DNA from: an uncultured Planctomycetaceae bacterium
Lineage (GTDB): Bacteria; Planctomycetota; Planctomycetia; Planctomycetales; Planctomycetaceae
Length of the DNA: 64,000 nucleotides
Assembly: GCA_963815195.1 (NCBI GenBank)
Contig: CAWFGE010000013.1
Location: 1,056,001 to 1,120,000, forward strand
Reading direction: 5' to 3'
Below are positions 11,435 through 22,083 of the stretch, in pieces. The position numbers and the translations under genes were made by a program. The notes below the pieces were generated by a model. It searched no databases and was not told where the DNA came from. It saw only the letters and a list, made by a program, of their open reading frames with translations. Within the stretch, counting starts at the first letter, position 1. The number at the start of each line of letters is the position of its first letter.

Positions 11435-13252
11435 ATGGCTTTGACTGAACGTCCCGATGTTTCAAGCTCCCCGCGTTTCGTGCGGATCGGTTCGCGGTTC
11501 CGCGAGGATGCGGTGCTGTTGGGGACGCTGTTCGGCGTCGTTTCGGCGCTGGCTTATACCGGCACGAATCTCACGCTCCGCCGGATGGCCAATACGCAGA
11601 ACATCGATTGGGCGATTTGGGTCTCGTGCTGGAAAGGCGTGCCCGCGGCGATTGTCGCCTGGATTCTCGTCGCCTATCGCGCAAAGCGGGGCCTCTCCGC
11701 CCTGCCCCCCAAGGCGCTCGTGCTGCCCTTGGTCGCCACCGGGTTGTTTATGCAGTTCATCGGCAACGTCTCCTTCCAATGGGCCCTGAGCCTGGGCGGG
11801 TTGGCGCTCACGGTGCCTTTGACGTTCGCCACGCTGATCGGCTCCGGGGCCGTCTTGGGGCGGATGGTCCTCGGCGAACCGATCACGCTGCGGTCGGCGG
11901 TCGCGATCGGTGTTTTGGTGATGTCGATTGCCGTCCTCAGCCTGGGAGCGGACGACGCGACCGGAGCCATGCTCGCGGAAAGTTCGTGGCTGGACATCGC
12001 GGCGGCGGTCCTGGCCGCGAGCCTGGCGGGGTTGGCCTATGGAACGTGCGGCGTCGTGATCCGCCGGACCATGACCGGCCGGCACAACGTCTCGCTGTCC
12101 GGGACGCTGGTGCTTCTGAGCACGACCGGCGTCGTCGGGCTGGGGCTCGCGAGTTGGCTCCGCCTCGGAACGGATCGAATGTGGGAAACCACCGGCCCCG
12201 AACTCGCCGACATGCTGGCGGCGGGATGCTTGAACGCGATCGCGTTTTTTGCCTGCGGAGCGGCGCTCATGCGGTTGTCGGTCGTGCGGGTCAACTTGAT
12301 CAACGCCTCCCAAGCCGCGATGTGCGCGGCCGGCGGCGTCATGTTTTTCGATGAGGCCCTTTCCGTCTGGCTGGTTTTGGGAACATTACTCACGATGGGA
12401 GGCTTGATGCTCATGGAACGCCCTGCGAATCAGCCGATCGAGGAAGAACCGGATGAAAAAAGCGGTCCCGGCGGAAGTGCTTCCGAGGCCCAGCGGATCG
12501 GGACCGAAACGTTCATCGGCACGTTGGAAATCCACGATGAATTGCCTTCGACGAACAACCGGGCCTTGGAACTCGCGGAGCGGCAGGACCTGGAACTGCC
12601 CGCGCTCATCGTAGCGGACCGGCAAACCGCGGGACGCGGGCGCGGCGAAAACGCCTGGTGGTCGGCGGAGGGGGCGTTGACATTTTCGCTGATCCTGGAC
12701 GCGGGCGGGTGCGGCATCGCGCCCGAACGCTGGCCGCAGGTCTCGCTGACGACCGGCCTCGCCGTCTGCGAAGCGCTCGATGCCCTCGTCCCGCAGGCGA
12801 ACCTGAAACTCAAATGGCCCAACGATGTGATGCTCGGCGGCAAAAAGCTGTGCGGCATCTTGAGCGAGATCCCCTCCTCGCTCAAAGGCCGGATCGTCGT
12901 GGGCATCGGCATCAATGTGAACAACAGCCTCGAAGACGCTCCGCCGGCGGTGCGGGACGTGGCGGTCTCGCTGCGGGACGCCACGGGTGCTCGGCACGAC
13001 GGGCTCGACGTGTTGATTCGCGTCCTTCAGCATCTGGAACTGGAGTTCGCCCGCCTCTCGGAAAGCTCCATGAGCCTTTCCAAACGCTTTCGCGAGCGGT
13101 GCTGGCTCAACGGCCGCGAGGTCTCCATCGAAAACGGCTTCGCCGCCGTCCAAGGCCTCTGCGGCGGGATCGACGACGAAGGCGCCCTCCTGGTGCAGAC
13201 TCCCTTAGGCCTCGAACGCGTTCTCAGCGGCACCGTCACCGCCATCGGCTGA
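11435..13252 (+). CDS. birA: EamA/DMT transporter fused to biotin-protein ligase (BirA catalytic domain)
   Basis: About 10 TM helices, then STN, QTAGRGR, KWPNDV, KLCGIL and GIGINVN motifs. Confidence 0.8.
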   Translation: MALTERPDVSSSPRFVRIGSRFREDAVLLGTLFGVVSALAYTGTNLTLRRMANTQNIDWAIWVSCWKGVPAAIVAWILVAYRAKRGLSALPPKALVLPLVATGLFMQFIGNVSFQWALSLGGLALTVPLTFATLIGSGAVLGRMVLGEPITLRSAVAIGVLVMSIAVLSLGADDATGAMLAESSWLDIAAAVLAASLAGLAYGTCGVVIRRTMTGRHNVSLSGTLVLLSTTGVVGLGLASWLRLGTDRMWETTGPELADMLAAGCLNAIAFFACGAALMRLSVVRVNLINASQAAMCAAGGVMFFDEALSVWLVLGTLLTMGGLMLMERPANQPIEEEPDEKSGPGGSASEAQRIGTETFIGTLEIHDELPSTNNRALELAERQDLELPALIVADRQTAGRGRGENAWWSAEGALTFSLILDAGGCGIAPERWPQVSLTTGLAVCEALDALVPQANLKLKWPNDVMLGGKKLCGILSEIPSSLKGRIVVGIGINVNNSLEDAPPAVRDVAVSLRDATGARHDGLDVLIRVLQHLELEFARLSESSMSLSKRFRERCWLNGREVSIENGFAAVQGLCGGIDDEGALLVQTPLGLERVLSGTVTAIG

Positions 13253-13449
13253 CCCAAGAAAAGGAGCGGCGGCATCTTGCCGCCGCTACGAAAGATGCTC
13301 GCACGCGGTGCAGACGTTCTTAGCTGAGGAACGTCAAGAAAATAACTTCAACATGGGGGCAAAAAGGCGAGCGGGGGGCGTAAGCCCGGGCGTAAGCCCC
13401 TTGGTCATGTTGAGGCGGTCAAAAGTTTAAATGATTTTCTTGGCGATCC

Positions 13450-14032
13450 TTATTGCAGTTCTTCGACCTTGTGCAGGATGGCTTTGCTGTCTTCGGCGGC
13501 TTTGACTTCGGTGTTCTTCATCGCGATTTTGCCGTCGCGGTCCACCAGGAAGGTCCACCGCTTCGCCGTTCCGCCGCGGGTCAGCGTTTCGGTCTTCCCG
13601 TCCACTTCGCGTTCGATGGATTTCTTGCCCTTGGTAAACGGCACGCCGAAGGCCCCCGCGACTTTGCCTTCCTCATCGGCGAGGAGTGTGAAGTTCAGGT
13701 TCTCGGCCTTTTTGAACAACTGATGGTTGCGGACGGAGTCCCCGCTCACGCCGACCACGACGACGCCTTTGTCTTCGAGCTTCTTCATGTCGTCGCGGAA
13801 GCCGCAGGCTTGCTTGGTGCAGCCGCCGGTCATGTCCGCGGGATAGAAATACACCACGAGGATCTTCTTGCCCACCACATCGGAGGACTTAAAGACTTTG
13901 CCTTGATCGTTCATCGCCTGGAACTGCGGGGCGGCATCGCCGACTTTCAGAATCCGCCTCTTTGTCCGCGGCTCGAACCGATCCGCCCGCCAAAACCAAC
14001 GCCGCCATCCAACCCGCTACCCAAACTTTCAT
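13450..14032 (-). CDS. Exported peroxiredoxin, BCP/AhpC-TSA family (frameshift near 13950)
   Basis: YFYPADMTGGCTKQAC; signal peptide in the frame starting at 14032. Confidence 0.85.
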
Positions 14033-14302
14033 CGTGGTGTCTCCCAAAAAGTTTTTTGAATTTCGCCTTCCCTCGGAAAGCGGAACCAAGTCGTCACATC
14101 AGACATCCAGAATATGACCACGCCCCGCCCCCGTCAACGATCCGGCAACCCGCGGGGGTTCTAGCCGGCGGCGTTTTTTTGCGGTCGTCGCAAAACCGGC
14201 GGCTCGCGCCCAGCCGCTCACGAAAACGCATTCCCTCTCCCGCCACGAAACGACTATGATGGAACGGTAACCGGGAGACGTTTGGTCGAAAGGAGATTCG
14301 AG

Positions 14303-14905
14303 ATGAGCGAAGAACCACGCCGGAATTGGGAGGCGCGGTATCAAACGGGGGATTTGCCTTGGGATTCGGGAATCCGCTCGCGGGAACTCGCGCGGGTGCT
14401 TAAAGAGTTCGAGATCGCTCCCGGCCGGGCCGTGGAATTGGGCTGCGGCACGGGGACGAACGCGGTGTTCCTCGCCGAGCAAAACTTCGACGTGACCGGC
14501 CTCGATGTTTCCCCCACCGCTCTCGAGATGGCCCAACAGCGGGCGGCGGTCGCGAATGTGAACGTTCAATTTCTTGTGGCGGACTTGACGCAGTTCGATC
14601 TCGACCTGGAGCCGTTCGATTTTCTGTTTGACCGGGGCTGCTTTCACTGTGCCCGCAAAGAGAATCTCGCGGGCTTTTTGGAGACGCTCAAAAAGTTGAG
14701 CCGGCCGGGGACGCGGTATTTGGTGCTCGCCGGCAATGCCAACGAGCAAAACGATCACGAAGGTCCGCCCCGCGTGCACGAGCACGAAATCCGCGCGGAT
14801 TTGGGCGGATTGTTCGATTTCGAGAGGATTCGCGAGTTTCATTTCGAGGACGCGGGCGGCACCCAGGGGCCGTTGGGCTGGTCGGGCTTATTGACCCGCC
14901 GATAA
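14303..14905 (+). CDS. Class I SAM methyltransferase (TPMT-like)
   Basis: W..RY..GDLPWD, ELGCGTG, DRGCFH. Confidence 0.85.
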   Translation: MSEEPRRNWEARYQTGDLPWDSGIRSRELARVLKEFEIAPGRAVELGCGTGTNAVFLAEQNFDVTGLDVSPTALEMAQQRAAVANVNVQFLVADLTQFDLDLEPFDFLFDRGCFHCARKENLAGFLETLKKLSRPGTRYLVLAGNANEQNDHEGPPRVHEHEIRADLGGLFDFERIREFHFEDAGGTQGPLGWSGLLTRR

Positions 14906-15163
14906 CCGAGGCGAGCCGACTTCGCGGAGGCGGTTCAGAATTTCCTCGGGCGTGGGGACGGCTCCCAAACCCAACCGGCCCAGCCAGCCGCGGTCTTTCC
15001 AGCGGTTGAAAATCACCTCGCCGTCCGATTCGACGCGGAACGTGCCCCAAAAGCCTTGTTTGATCTCGGTTTCAAAACCCAGTTCGCGCTCGACGGCCCG
15101 GGCGATCTCTTCCGCCGGCCCGCGGAGCCGGCAGGGCGGGCAGTAATAGATCGTCACCTGCAT
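14888..15163 (-). CDS. Rdx (SelT/SelW/SelH) family protein, CxxC form
   Basis: VTIYYCPPC..G..GTFRVESDGEVIF..PTPEEI. Confidence 0.7.
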   Translation of the reverse strand: MQVTIYYCPPCRLRGPAEEIARAVERELGFETEIKQGFWGTFRVESDGEVIFNRWKDRGWLGRLGLGAVPTPEEILNRLREVGSPRLSAGQ

Positions 15164-15164
15164 C

Positions 15165-15653
15165 TTAACTCTGAGCCGCTTTCCAGAGATTGAACGTGAG
15201 ATGCGCTTGCCCCTGATGATGCGGTTCATGCCAGGCCAGCACGTTCAGGATTTGGGCGAGGGTCCAGCCGCGCTCTTTGAAGGTTTCCGGAATGACGGGC
15301 AGATCCGCTTCGGTGAACCCGGAGATCGTGCTTTGCAGATGCTCGCGGGACTGCCGGAGCACGCCCCGGATGTGATCGACGCTGGGAATGTCGTCATCCG
15401 GCGTACTGCCGCCCCGAAACCCGGGGACATCCTCGGCGAAATCGGGCGTGGTCCCCAGGAGGCGTTCCGTGGCGAAGAGCTCTTCGGTGATGCCGATGTG
15501 CATGAGCTGCCAGGCGATGTGGGCCCGGCCCGGTCCGGGGCGGAATCCCAGAATCGCGCGGGGGTTTGGTTCCTGGGCGATTGAATCCAAAACCGCGAGG
15601 GTGCGGCTGCGGTTGAAATCCCAGATTCCCATCGTCACGTCGAACACACTCAT
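15165..15653 (-). CDS. DinB family protein
   Basis: IAWQLMHI and WHEPHHQGQ histidine motifs. Confidence 0.85.
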   Translation of the reverse strand: MSVFDVTMGIWDFNRSRTLAVLDSIAQEPNPRAILGFRPGPGRAHIAWQLMHIGITEELFATERLLGTTPDFAEDVPGFRGGSTPDDDIPSVDHIRGVLRQSREHLQSTISGFTEADLPVIPETFKERGWTLAQILNVLAWHEPHHQGQAHLTFNLWKAAQS

Positions 15654-16064
15654 CACAATCCCGCTCTTTCGAAAACGCGGAGCCGCCAAAGTCGCAATTG
15701 CGATTCATTGTGCGAAGAGCGGCCGGCATTTTCAAGGCGGCCACGCCGTCCCTTTTTTGGGGCGGCTTTTTTCGTGCGCGGCGAAAACGGTGTGGCGCTC
15801 AATGCCTCTCGAATTTCTGGAAACACCCGGATTCCGTTCCGCCTGTTTGGAATTCTCCGAAAAAACCGGTGGAATAGATTTGCAATTGCCGCGCGTCTGC
15901 GGTAGTCTCGCTGAAATGTGGGATTTCATCCCCCAGAGAAATCAAAACTTTAGATAAAGTGGGATTCTTGCCCAATAATATGAAAGGAGCGGTTTGCAGG
16001 CCATCCTGCACCCACCACGCCACGGAGGCCGTCGAACCAGCCATTTGCGGGATAGAGACAACCG

Positions 16065-16547
16065 ATGCCCGAAGAGACGTTTATCACAGGTGAGCACAAG
16101 CGCACCATCGATGAACGGTTTCGGATCGCCCTGCCCGCGGACCTGTCCCAGGCGGTCACCGATGAGGCCGGCGAAACCATCCTCGCCAAGGAACGCTACG
16201 GCTGTTTGAGCCTCTGGCGGGCGCGGGACTGGCAGCGGCGACTGAACGACGGCGTGGGGTTGATTCGGCAGAAGATTCAAGCGGGACGGATGGAGCAGCG
16301 CTGGGGAGAAGTCCAACGATTGGGTCGCTTGCTCTCCACCCGTTCAAAAACCGTCAAACTGGCCAACCGCTCGCGGTTGCTCGTGCCGGAGGGATACCGC
16401 GAGTTTTTGGATGTGCCGGCGAATCAGGAGGTGATCGTCGTGGGAGCGGCGATTTGCGTGGAAATCTGGAATCCGCAGTGTTGGTTGGACGTGTTAAAAC
16501 AAGACATGCCGGGCTTCGGGCCGTTGTTCCAGGATTTGGCGAATTGA
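16065..16547 (+). CDS. mraZ: MraZ-like transcriptional regulator
   Basis: [16 protein letters not shown] and VIVVG..VEIWN duplicated AbrB-like motifs. Confidence 0.8.
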   Translation: MPEETFITGEHKRTIDERFRIALPADLSQAVTDEAGETILAKERYGCLSLWRARDWQRRLNDGVGLIRQKIQAGRMEQRWGEVQRLGRLLSTRSKTVKLANRSRLLVPEGYREFLDVPANQEVIVVGAAICVEIWNPQCWLDVLKQDMPGFGPLFQDLAN

Positions 16548-16809
16548 GTTGATGCCGGAACGCGCCCGCGTCCGGTTTATTGAAAGCCAGAGAAATATCA
16601 AGAACCGGGGCGAGCGCCCTGCGGCTAATGCTCGGGAATTCAACGGAGGATGTTAGGAAAAGACGGTGCCCGGTACGAATGACCGGCGGCGACACTCACT
16701 CACGAACCCCCAATCCGTCGCTCATCACAAGCTTTTAGCACCACACGGAAGGCTTGGAGGCACGGAAGCCGCTTCATTCGTCCGGGCACCTTTTTTCGTT
16801 CTTTGAAGG

Positions 16810-18066
16810 CTAGACCGCGTGGGTGGAAATCACGCGGAGCATTTCTTCCACGGTCGTTTCGCCGCGGAGCACTTTATTCCGCGCGGCTTCTTCCAAGGTC
16901 GTCATTCCCTCCGACTTCGCGACATCGCGAATTTCCATGGAGGACTTTCCATGGAGGATGGCTTCGCGAACGTCTTTCGTGACGACCAGAATCTCGAACA
17001 CCCCGGTGCGTCCGGAATAGCCCGTGTGGAAGTTGCAGTCGGCCGGGACGCCGCGAATGAGTTCGGTCGATTCCGCCTGGTTGGGATCGAGGCCGAGCAG
17101 TCCGCAAACCGCCTCGTCGGGATGGTACGTCTCCCGCGACGTGGGGCAGACTTTGCGGATCAAGCGTTGCGAGATAATGCAGTTGACGCTGTCGGCGATG
17201 AACATGGGCGGAATCCCGAATTCGCGGAACACGTCGATGGTGCTCACGCTGTCGTTGGCGTGCATCGTGCTCAAAACCATCACACCGGTCAGGGCGGCCC
17301 GGCAGCCGATGTGCGCGGTTTCCGGATCGCGGACTTCGCCGATCATCATGATGTTGGGATCCTGGCGGAAGATGCCCCGGAGGGCTTCGACGAAGCCGAA
17401 GCTGATCTTGGGGTCGGTCTGGATCTGATTGATGCCCGAAATCCGGCGTTCGACGGGATCCTCGATGGTGACCAGGCTTTTTTGCGGATCGTTCAACAAC
17501 GTCAAACAGCTATACATCGTGGTGCTTTTGCCGGATCCCACGGGGCCGACGCTCATCACCATCCCCGACGGCCGGGTGACGTGCTCTTTGAGAAGAGTCA
17601 ACTGGTGGTCTTCGAAACCCAGTTCTTCGAGTTGGGTGTAGGCGGCCTGGTCGGGCATCAATCGTAGCACGATCCGCTCGCCGTAGATCGTGGGGCCGCT
17701 GCCGACCCGCACGTCGCGCTTCGCGGTGAGCACCGAGTTGGAGATGTGCCCGTCCTGGGCGAAGCGGCGTTCGGTGATGTTCATGTTCGCCATAAGTTTG
17801 ATGCGGGACACGACGTGCGAGGTCAACTCGGCGGGCAGTTTGAGCACATCGTGCAAGAGCCCGTCCACCCGCAGCCGAATTCGCAAACCCTCGGTGGTCG
17901 GATCGAAATGGATATCGGTGGCCTCCAACTGAAACGCCCGCTCCAAGAGCAGATCGACCAACGGACCGGGGCCGACGACATCCACGAGTTGGGACAATTC
18001 CTCTTTGAGGGCTTTTTGGCGAACGTGATCGGATCGCGCGGCGTTCGAAGCGGCCTGCTCATTCAT
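16810..18066 (-). CDS. GspE/PulE/PilB family ATPase (short N-terminus)
   Basis: [38 protein letters not shown]. Confidence 0.9.
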   Translation of the reverse strand: MNEQAASNAARSDHVRQKALKEELSQLVDVVGPGPLVDLLLERAFQLEATDIHFDPTTEGLRIRLRVDGLLHDVLKLPAELTSHVVSRIKLMANMNITERRFAQDGHISNSVLTAKRDVRVGSGPTIYGERIVLRLMPDQAAYTQLEELGFEDHQLTLLKEHVTRPSGMVMSVGPVGSGKSTTMYSCLTLLNDPQKSLVTIEDPVERRISGINQIQTDPKISFGFVEALRGIFRQDPNIMMIGEVRDPETAHIGCRAALTGVMVLSTMHANDSVSTIDVFREFGIPPMFIADSVNCIISQRLIRKVCPTSRETYHPDEAVCGLLGLDPNQAESTELIRGVPADCNFHTGYSGRTGVFEILVVTKDVREAILHGKSSMEIRDVAKSEGMTTLEEAARNKVLRGETTVEEMLRVISTHAV

Positions 18067-18145
18067 AAGACGGTTCCAAACTGGCGGGGTCTGAGGAGAA
18101 ATTCAACACCGGGTCGGCCAAGGCGGTCTACGCCGCGCGGTTCGA

Positions 18146-19078
18146 TTATTCGTCGTCCGTGCGCGGGGCGGGCTTTTCGGCCACCGCCGGTTTGACGACG
18201 CCGGATTTCGGGGTTTCGCCCGGGCGGGACTTGCGATCGCCTTTGGAGGACTTCTTAGGCGTTTCGGAGCCTTCCTGGCCCGTGGCCTCTTTTTGAGGGG
18301 AGTTGTCGGGCTCGTTGGCATCGGCCGTAAGAGGCACGCGGAAAAATGCCGCCACCAGAACGGCGAGGCCCAGGACAGCCGCCAATCCGCCCAAAAGCCG
18401 CCGGAACCCCGTGGCTTTCGCCAGGAGCATCGTTCCCAAAACGAGCCCGATCACCGAACAACCGTACGCGAGGACTTGCGCGACGCGGAGTCCCAGCCAG
18501 TCCGGCTTGGAGGTGTAAATCGTCAGCGCCACGGCCCCCAGCACGGCCGTGCCCGCGCCTGCCAGCACGAGCACGTTGGATTCGCGGCGTTCGCTTTTGG
18601 CCTCGGGGGAAAGACCCAACTCGTGAAGTGCATCCTCGCGGTATTCCGCGATCTCCCACACAGCGTCCAGCCTGGCGATTTGTAGCACTTCCAGCACAAG
18701 CGGATTGCGGACGACGACCACCATCCGGGCATTTTTCGCCTTCACGATCTTCCAGAACCGGACCAACAGCGCCACCATCGCGCTGCCCATATAATCCAGT
18801 TCGGAAATGTCCACGATCAAATGCGGCGTCCCGGCCGCCTCCAGATCGCGGATCACCGAGTCGCCTGCCTGCTCGATGTCGGTCCAATCGGAACTGTTCA
18901 TCGCCGGTTTGAGCGACAGCACGGAATACTCCGCGGCCTGTTCAAATTCGTAAGTCAGCCCGCCTTTGTCCACAGCTGATTCTCCAACGTGCCAGAGCAT
19001 CAAGAATGAGCGCCCGAAATCGTCGAACCCCTTCACGGAAAGGACCCGAAGCGAGTGTCCGTCTGTTCGATTTTCCAT
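18146..19078 (-). CDS. STAS-domain protein with C-terminal TM helices (start uncertain)
   Basis: IVDISELDYMGSAMV STAS motif; three hydrophobic segments. Confidence 0.7.
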   Translation of the reverse strand: MENRTDGHSLRVLSVKGFDDFGRSFLMLWHVGESAVDKGGLTYEFEQAAEYSVLSLKPAMNSSDWTDIEQAGDSVIRDLEAAGTPHLIVDISELDYMGSAMVALLVRFWKIVKAKNARMVVVVRNPLVLEVLQIARLDAVWEIAEYREDALHELGLSPEAKSERRESNVLVLAGAGTAVLGAVALTIYTSKPDWLGLRVAQVLAYGCSVIGLVLGTMLLAKATGFRRLLGGLAAVLGLAVLVAAFFRVPLTADANEPDNSPQKEATGQEGSETPKKSSKGDRKSRPGETPKSGVVKPAVAEKPAPRTDDE

Positions 19079-19391
19079 CGAGGAACTGGGAACGAACGGC
19101 TCCCACCGAGGCGCATGTATTGTAACGGAAATGGGAATCTGTCGGGATTTGTCTTCAGGATGACGAACTGCCAGCGCGTGTTGCTGAGGTTCGAGGCATC
19201 ACGAATCAATCATGCCCGTCCCCGGCGTGGAACGCAAGCGCCCGATTGCGGAATTTCCAGACCCGGCCGCAAGCGGAGAGCCAGAGGCCCAGGTTCGAGG
19301 CGGATTGCCGGCGGTGGAGTGGCCTTCGAGCCAAGGCTTGCTAGACTGAAGGCGTGTCTTGATCTTCCCCTGCCCGAGCCTCAGCCCGAAC

Positions 19392-19970
19392 ATGATTTTC
19401 GAGGGAATTGTCACCACGCGGAACGCGGACGCCCGCCTCAACATCGCCCCGATGGGGCCGATCGTGGAAGGCGAGTTCGAGCGGCTGTTGTTGCGGCCGT
19501 TTCAGACTTCGACGACATATCAAAACCTCAAACGGCAATCGTGCGGGGTGTTTCATGTCGTGGATGATGCCCTGCTGTTGGCGCGGGCGGCGATCGATTG
19601 CTGGGATGAGATGCCCCAAACATTTCCGGCGCAAAAGATTCCAGGAGCGGTCTTACAAGCGGCCTGCCGCTGGTATGAGTTTGAGGTCGAGTCCCTGGAC
19701 GACCGCGAAGCCCGCGTGAGCATCGAAGCCCGCGTGGTGCATGCCGGGCGGATCAGGGATTTTTTCGGTTGGAACCGGGCCAAGCACGCGGTGCTCGAAG
19801 CCGCGATCCTGGCGACGCGGGTGCATTTGCTCGAGGCGTCTGAGATCCAGCCGCAACTCGATTCGCTCCGCGTGATTGTGGAGAAAACGGCAGGGCCGGC
19901 GGAGCGGGAAGCCTTTTTGTTATTGGAAGATTACGTCCACAAACATTACGCCGGGGCGGGGCCGCGATGA
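19392..19970 (+). CDS. DUF447 family protein (H4MPT-linked)
   Basis: EGIVTT..NIAPMG, NRAKHAVLEAAILATR; overlaps the next gene (ATGA). Confidence 0.85.
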   Translation: MIFEGIVTTRNADARLNIAPMGPIVEGEFERLLLRPFQTSTTYQNLKRQSCGVFHVVDDALLLARAAIDCWDEMPQTFPAQKIPGAVLQAACRWYEFEVESLDDREARVSIEARVVHAGRIRDFFGWNRAKHAVLEAAILATRVHLLEASEIQPQLDSLRVIVEKTAGPAEREAFLLLEDYVHKHYAGAGPR

Positions 19971-20956
19971 CGCTTGAGGTGACGATCCACACCGGTGCCC
20001 GGCTGCACTTCGGCTTGCTCGCGCATCGGCCGGCTTCGGGCCGGCACTTCGGCGGCGCGGGTCTGATGATCGATTCGCCGGGCACCCAACTCACCCTCAA
20101 AGTTAACGACCGCGATCAGATCGCCGCGCCCCCTGACCTTCGCGCGCGTGTGGAACACATCCTCGCGAGTTATCGAAGCCGGGTTGCTCCGCACAAACAG
20201 CCGCCGCCCTGCCGGATCGAAATTCACCGGCAAATCCCGCCGCATCAGGGACTCGGTTCGGGAACGCAGTTGGCGCTCGCGGTCGGAAAAGCGTTGGCGG
20301 TCTGCGCGGGCGAACCCGATCTTCCCCTTCTGGAATTGGCCCACCGCGTGGGCCGCGGCACCCGCTCCGCTTTGGGAATCCACGGTTTTGAGCAAGGCGG
20401 GTTTTTGATCGACGGCGGCAAACGGCGGCTCGAAGACATCGGCACGCTGGTTTCGCGGGTCTCGTTTCCGGCCGAATGGCGGATCGTGCTGGTCACGCCG
20501 CCGGCGGGGGAAGGTCTTTCCGGAACCGACGAGCAGACCGCGTTTCATCGCCTGTCCGGAATGCCCGAATGCGTCACCAATCGCTTGTGCCGGCTGCTGT
20601 TGATGGAGATTCTGCCCGCGATCCGCGAGGCCGGTTTTCCAGAGGTTTCCGAAGGGATCTATCAATACGGCCAGCAGGTGGGGGCGTATTTTGAACCGAT
20701 CCAAGGCGGCCCGTTCGCCAGCCCAAAAATGGCGGACCTCGCGGAAAACCTCCGCAGCCGCGGCATCCGGGGCGTGGGGCAAAGCTCCTGGGGACCGACG
20801 TTGTTCGTGCTCGAAGAGAGTCAGTCCGCGGCGGAAGAATTGGTGCAACAACTTCACAGCCAGCCCCCGTGGGCCGACTGCGAGTTTCACATCGCCGGCC
20901 CGAAAAACGAAGCCGCATCCGTCGCGGTTTCCACGGATTCGCCCGCCGCGTCTTGA
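19967..20956 (+). CDS. mptG: Beta-ribofuranosylaminobenzene 5'-phosphate synthase (GHMP family)
   Basis: ARLHFG, IPPHQGLGSGTQ, GGFLIDGG, GQSSWGPT. Confidence 0.85.
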   Translation: MTLEVTIHTGARLHFGLLAHRPASGRHFGGAGLMIDSPGTQLTLKVNDRDQIAAPPDLRARVEHILASYRSRVAPHKQPPPCRIEIHRQIPPHQGLGSGTQLALAVGKALAVCAGEPDLPLLELAHRVGRGTRSALGIHGFEQGGFLIDGGKRRLEDIGTLVSRVSFPAEWRIVLVTPPAGEGLSGTDEQTAFHRLSGMPECVTNRLCRLLLMEILPAIREAGFPEVSEGIYQYGQQVGAYFEPIQGGPFASPKMADLAENLRSRGIRGVGQSSWGPTLFVLEESQSAAEELVQQLHSQPPWADCEFHIAGPKNEAASVAVSTDSPAAS

Positions 20957-21056
20957 ACCGTGACGGAAAATTGAAGCGGCTTTCTATGGACGACATTCGT
21001 CGTTGTCCGTCAACTGAAAAACGACATGTGTCGTTTTCTGGTCGGAGGACAGCTTC

Positions 21057-21419
21057 ATGGGCAAGCCGGAAGGCCGGTTGACGCCGGCGCAGCATGAGAT
21101 CATGGACCTCGTCTGGCAAGCGGGCACGGCGGGGGCCACGGTGACGGAGATCTGGACCGCGATCGCGGACAGCCGGTATGTCACGCGGACCACGGTGTTC
21201 AATCTCGTCGAAAACTTCGCCGCCGTGCCCCGCGATGCCGCCGCGCGGGAGTTGGCCCGGGAGTTTGTGGACGATTTCTTCGGCGGCTCGGCGGGCGATC
21301 TGGTGACGAGCCTTCTGGGTTCCAAACGCCTGCGGAAAGCGGATGTCCGCAAACTCCGCCAGAAACTCGATGCCCTGCTCGCCGAAATCGGCTTATCCGA
21401 CGAAGACCGGCCGAAATAA
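21057..21419 (+). pseudogene. BlaI/MecI/CopY repressor with apparent internal deletion of the wing
   Basis: LTPAQHEIMDLVW..TTV and FVDDFFGGS..LV present; the usual RL..KG...Y segment is missing. Confidence 0.55.
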
Positions 21420-22083
21420 TCGGCGACCTTTTCATCACGACGTTTTGATGTCGGCTTTCTTGCTGTTGGTGCTGGCCGCCGGAATTGGGAGTGCCTGTAG
21501 TTGGCCGCTGCTCCGCGCGGATGGGGGACCGCGTGCCAAAGCCGATGCTGCGTCTGAGGAAAGCACGAACAGCAGCTGAGTTCTCAAACCCCCCAACAAT
21601 CGTTGTCGGAGGATTTGATTCGTTGGACAGCGCCACTTTTTGAATGAAAGACTGTCAATCAAGGGATTTGTCGCAGCAAGATCTACTTTCGTTTCGGATT
21701 AGTATTTTTCTACCTCACAAAACGGTTCACGGCGTAGGGTGGACCCGAACCATCTTGCGCCCCCGAAAGCTGCCACGCGACTCGCCCCGCAAACGAAGCG
21801 AGGCTTGAGGCGAATCCCTCCTCCGCCGGGCATTTCCCCAAAATCATGCGTCATGGGACGGATTAGGTCAATTCGTCCGAGTTCCCGGTTAGGCAGGATC
21901 TGCATGTCACACGTGCGGCGTTCAAGGGGCTAGGGCGGAAAAGTCGATGGCCATTCGTGCGGAGAACCGAGGGAGCGCTCTCCGGTCGGCTGAAGGATTC
22001 CAGCACGAACCGTCACCTTGTCGCGTCCTCCTGACCGAATCCGCTTCACCACCAAAAACTCAGCTTGTGAAGCGGATTAGGAC

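Noticed and set aside
14888..15163. Selenoprotein
   Set aside because: The motif is CPPC with Cys codons and no in-frame TGA
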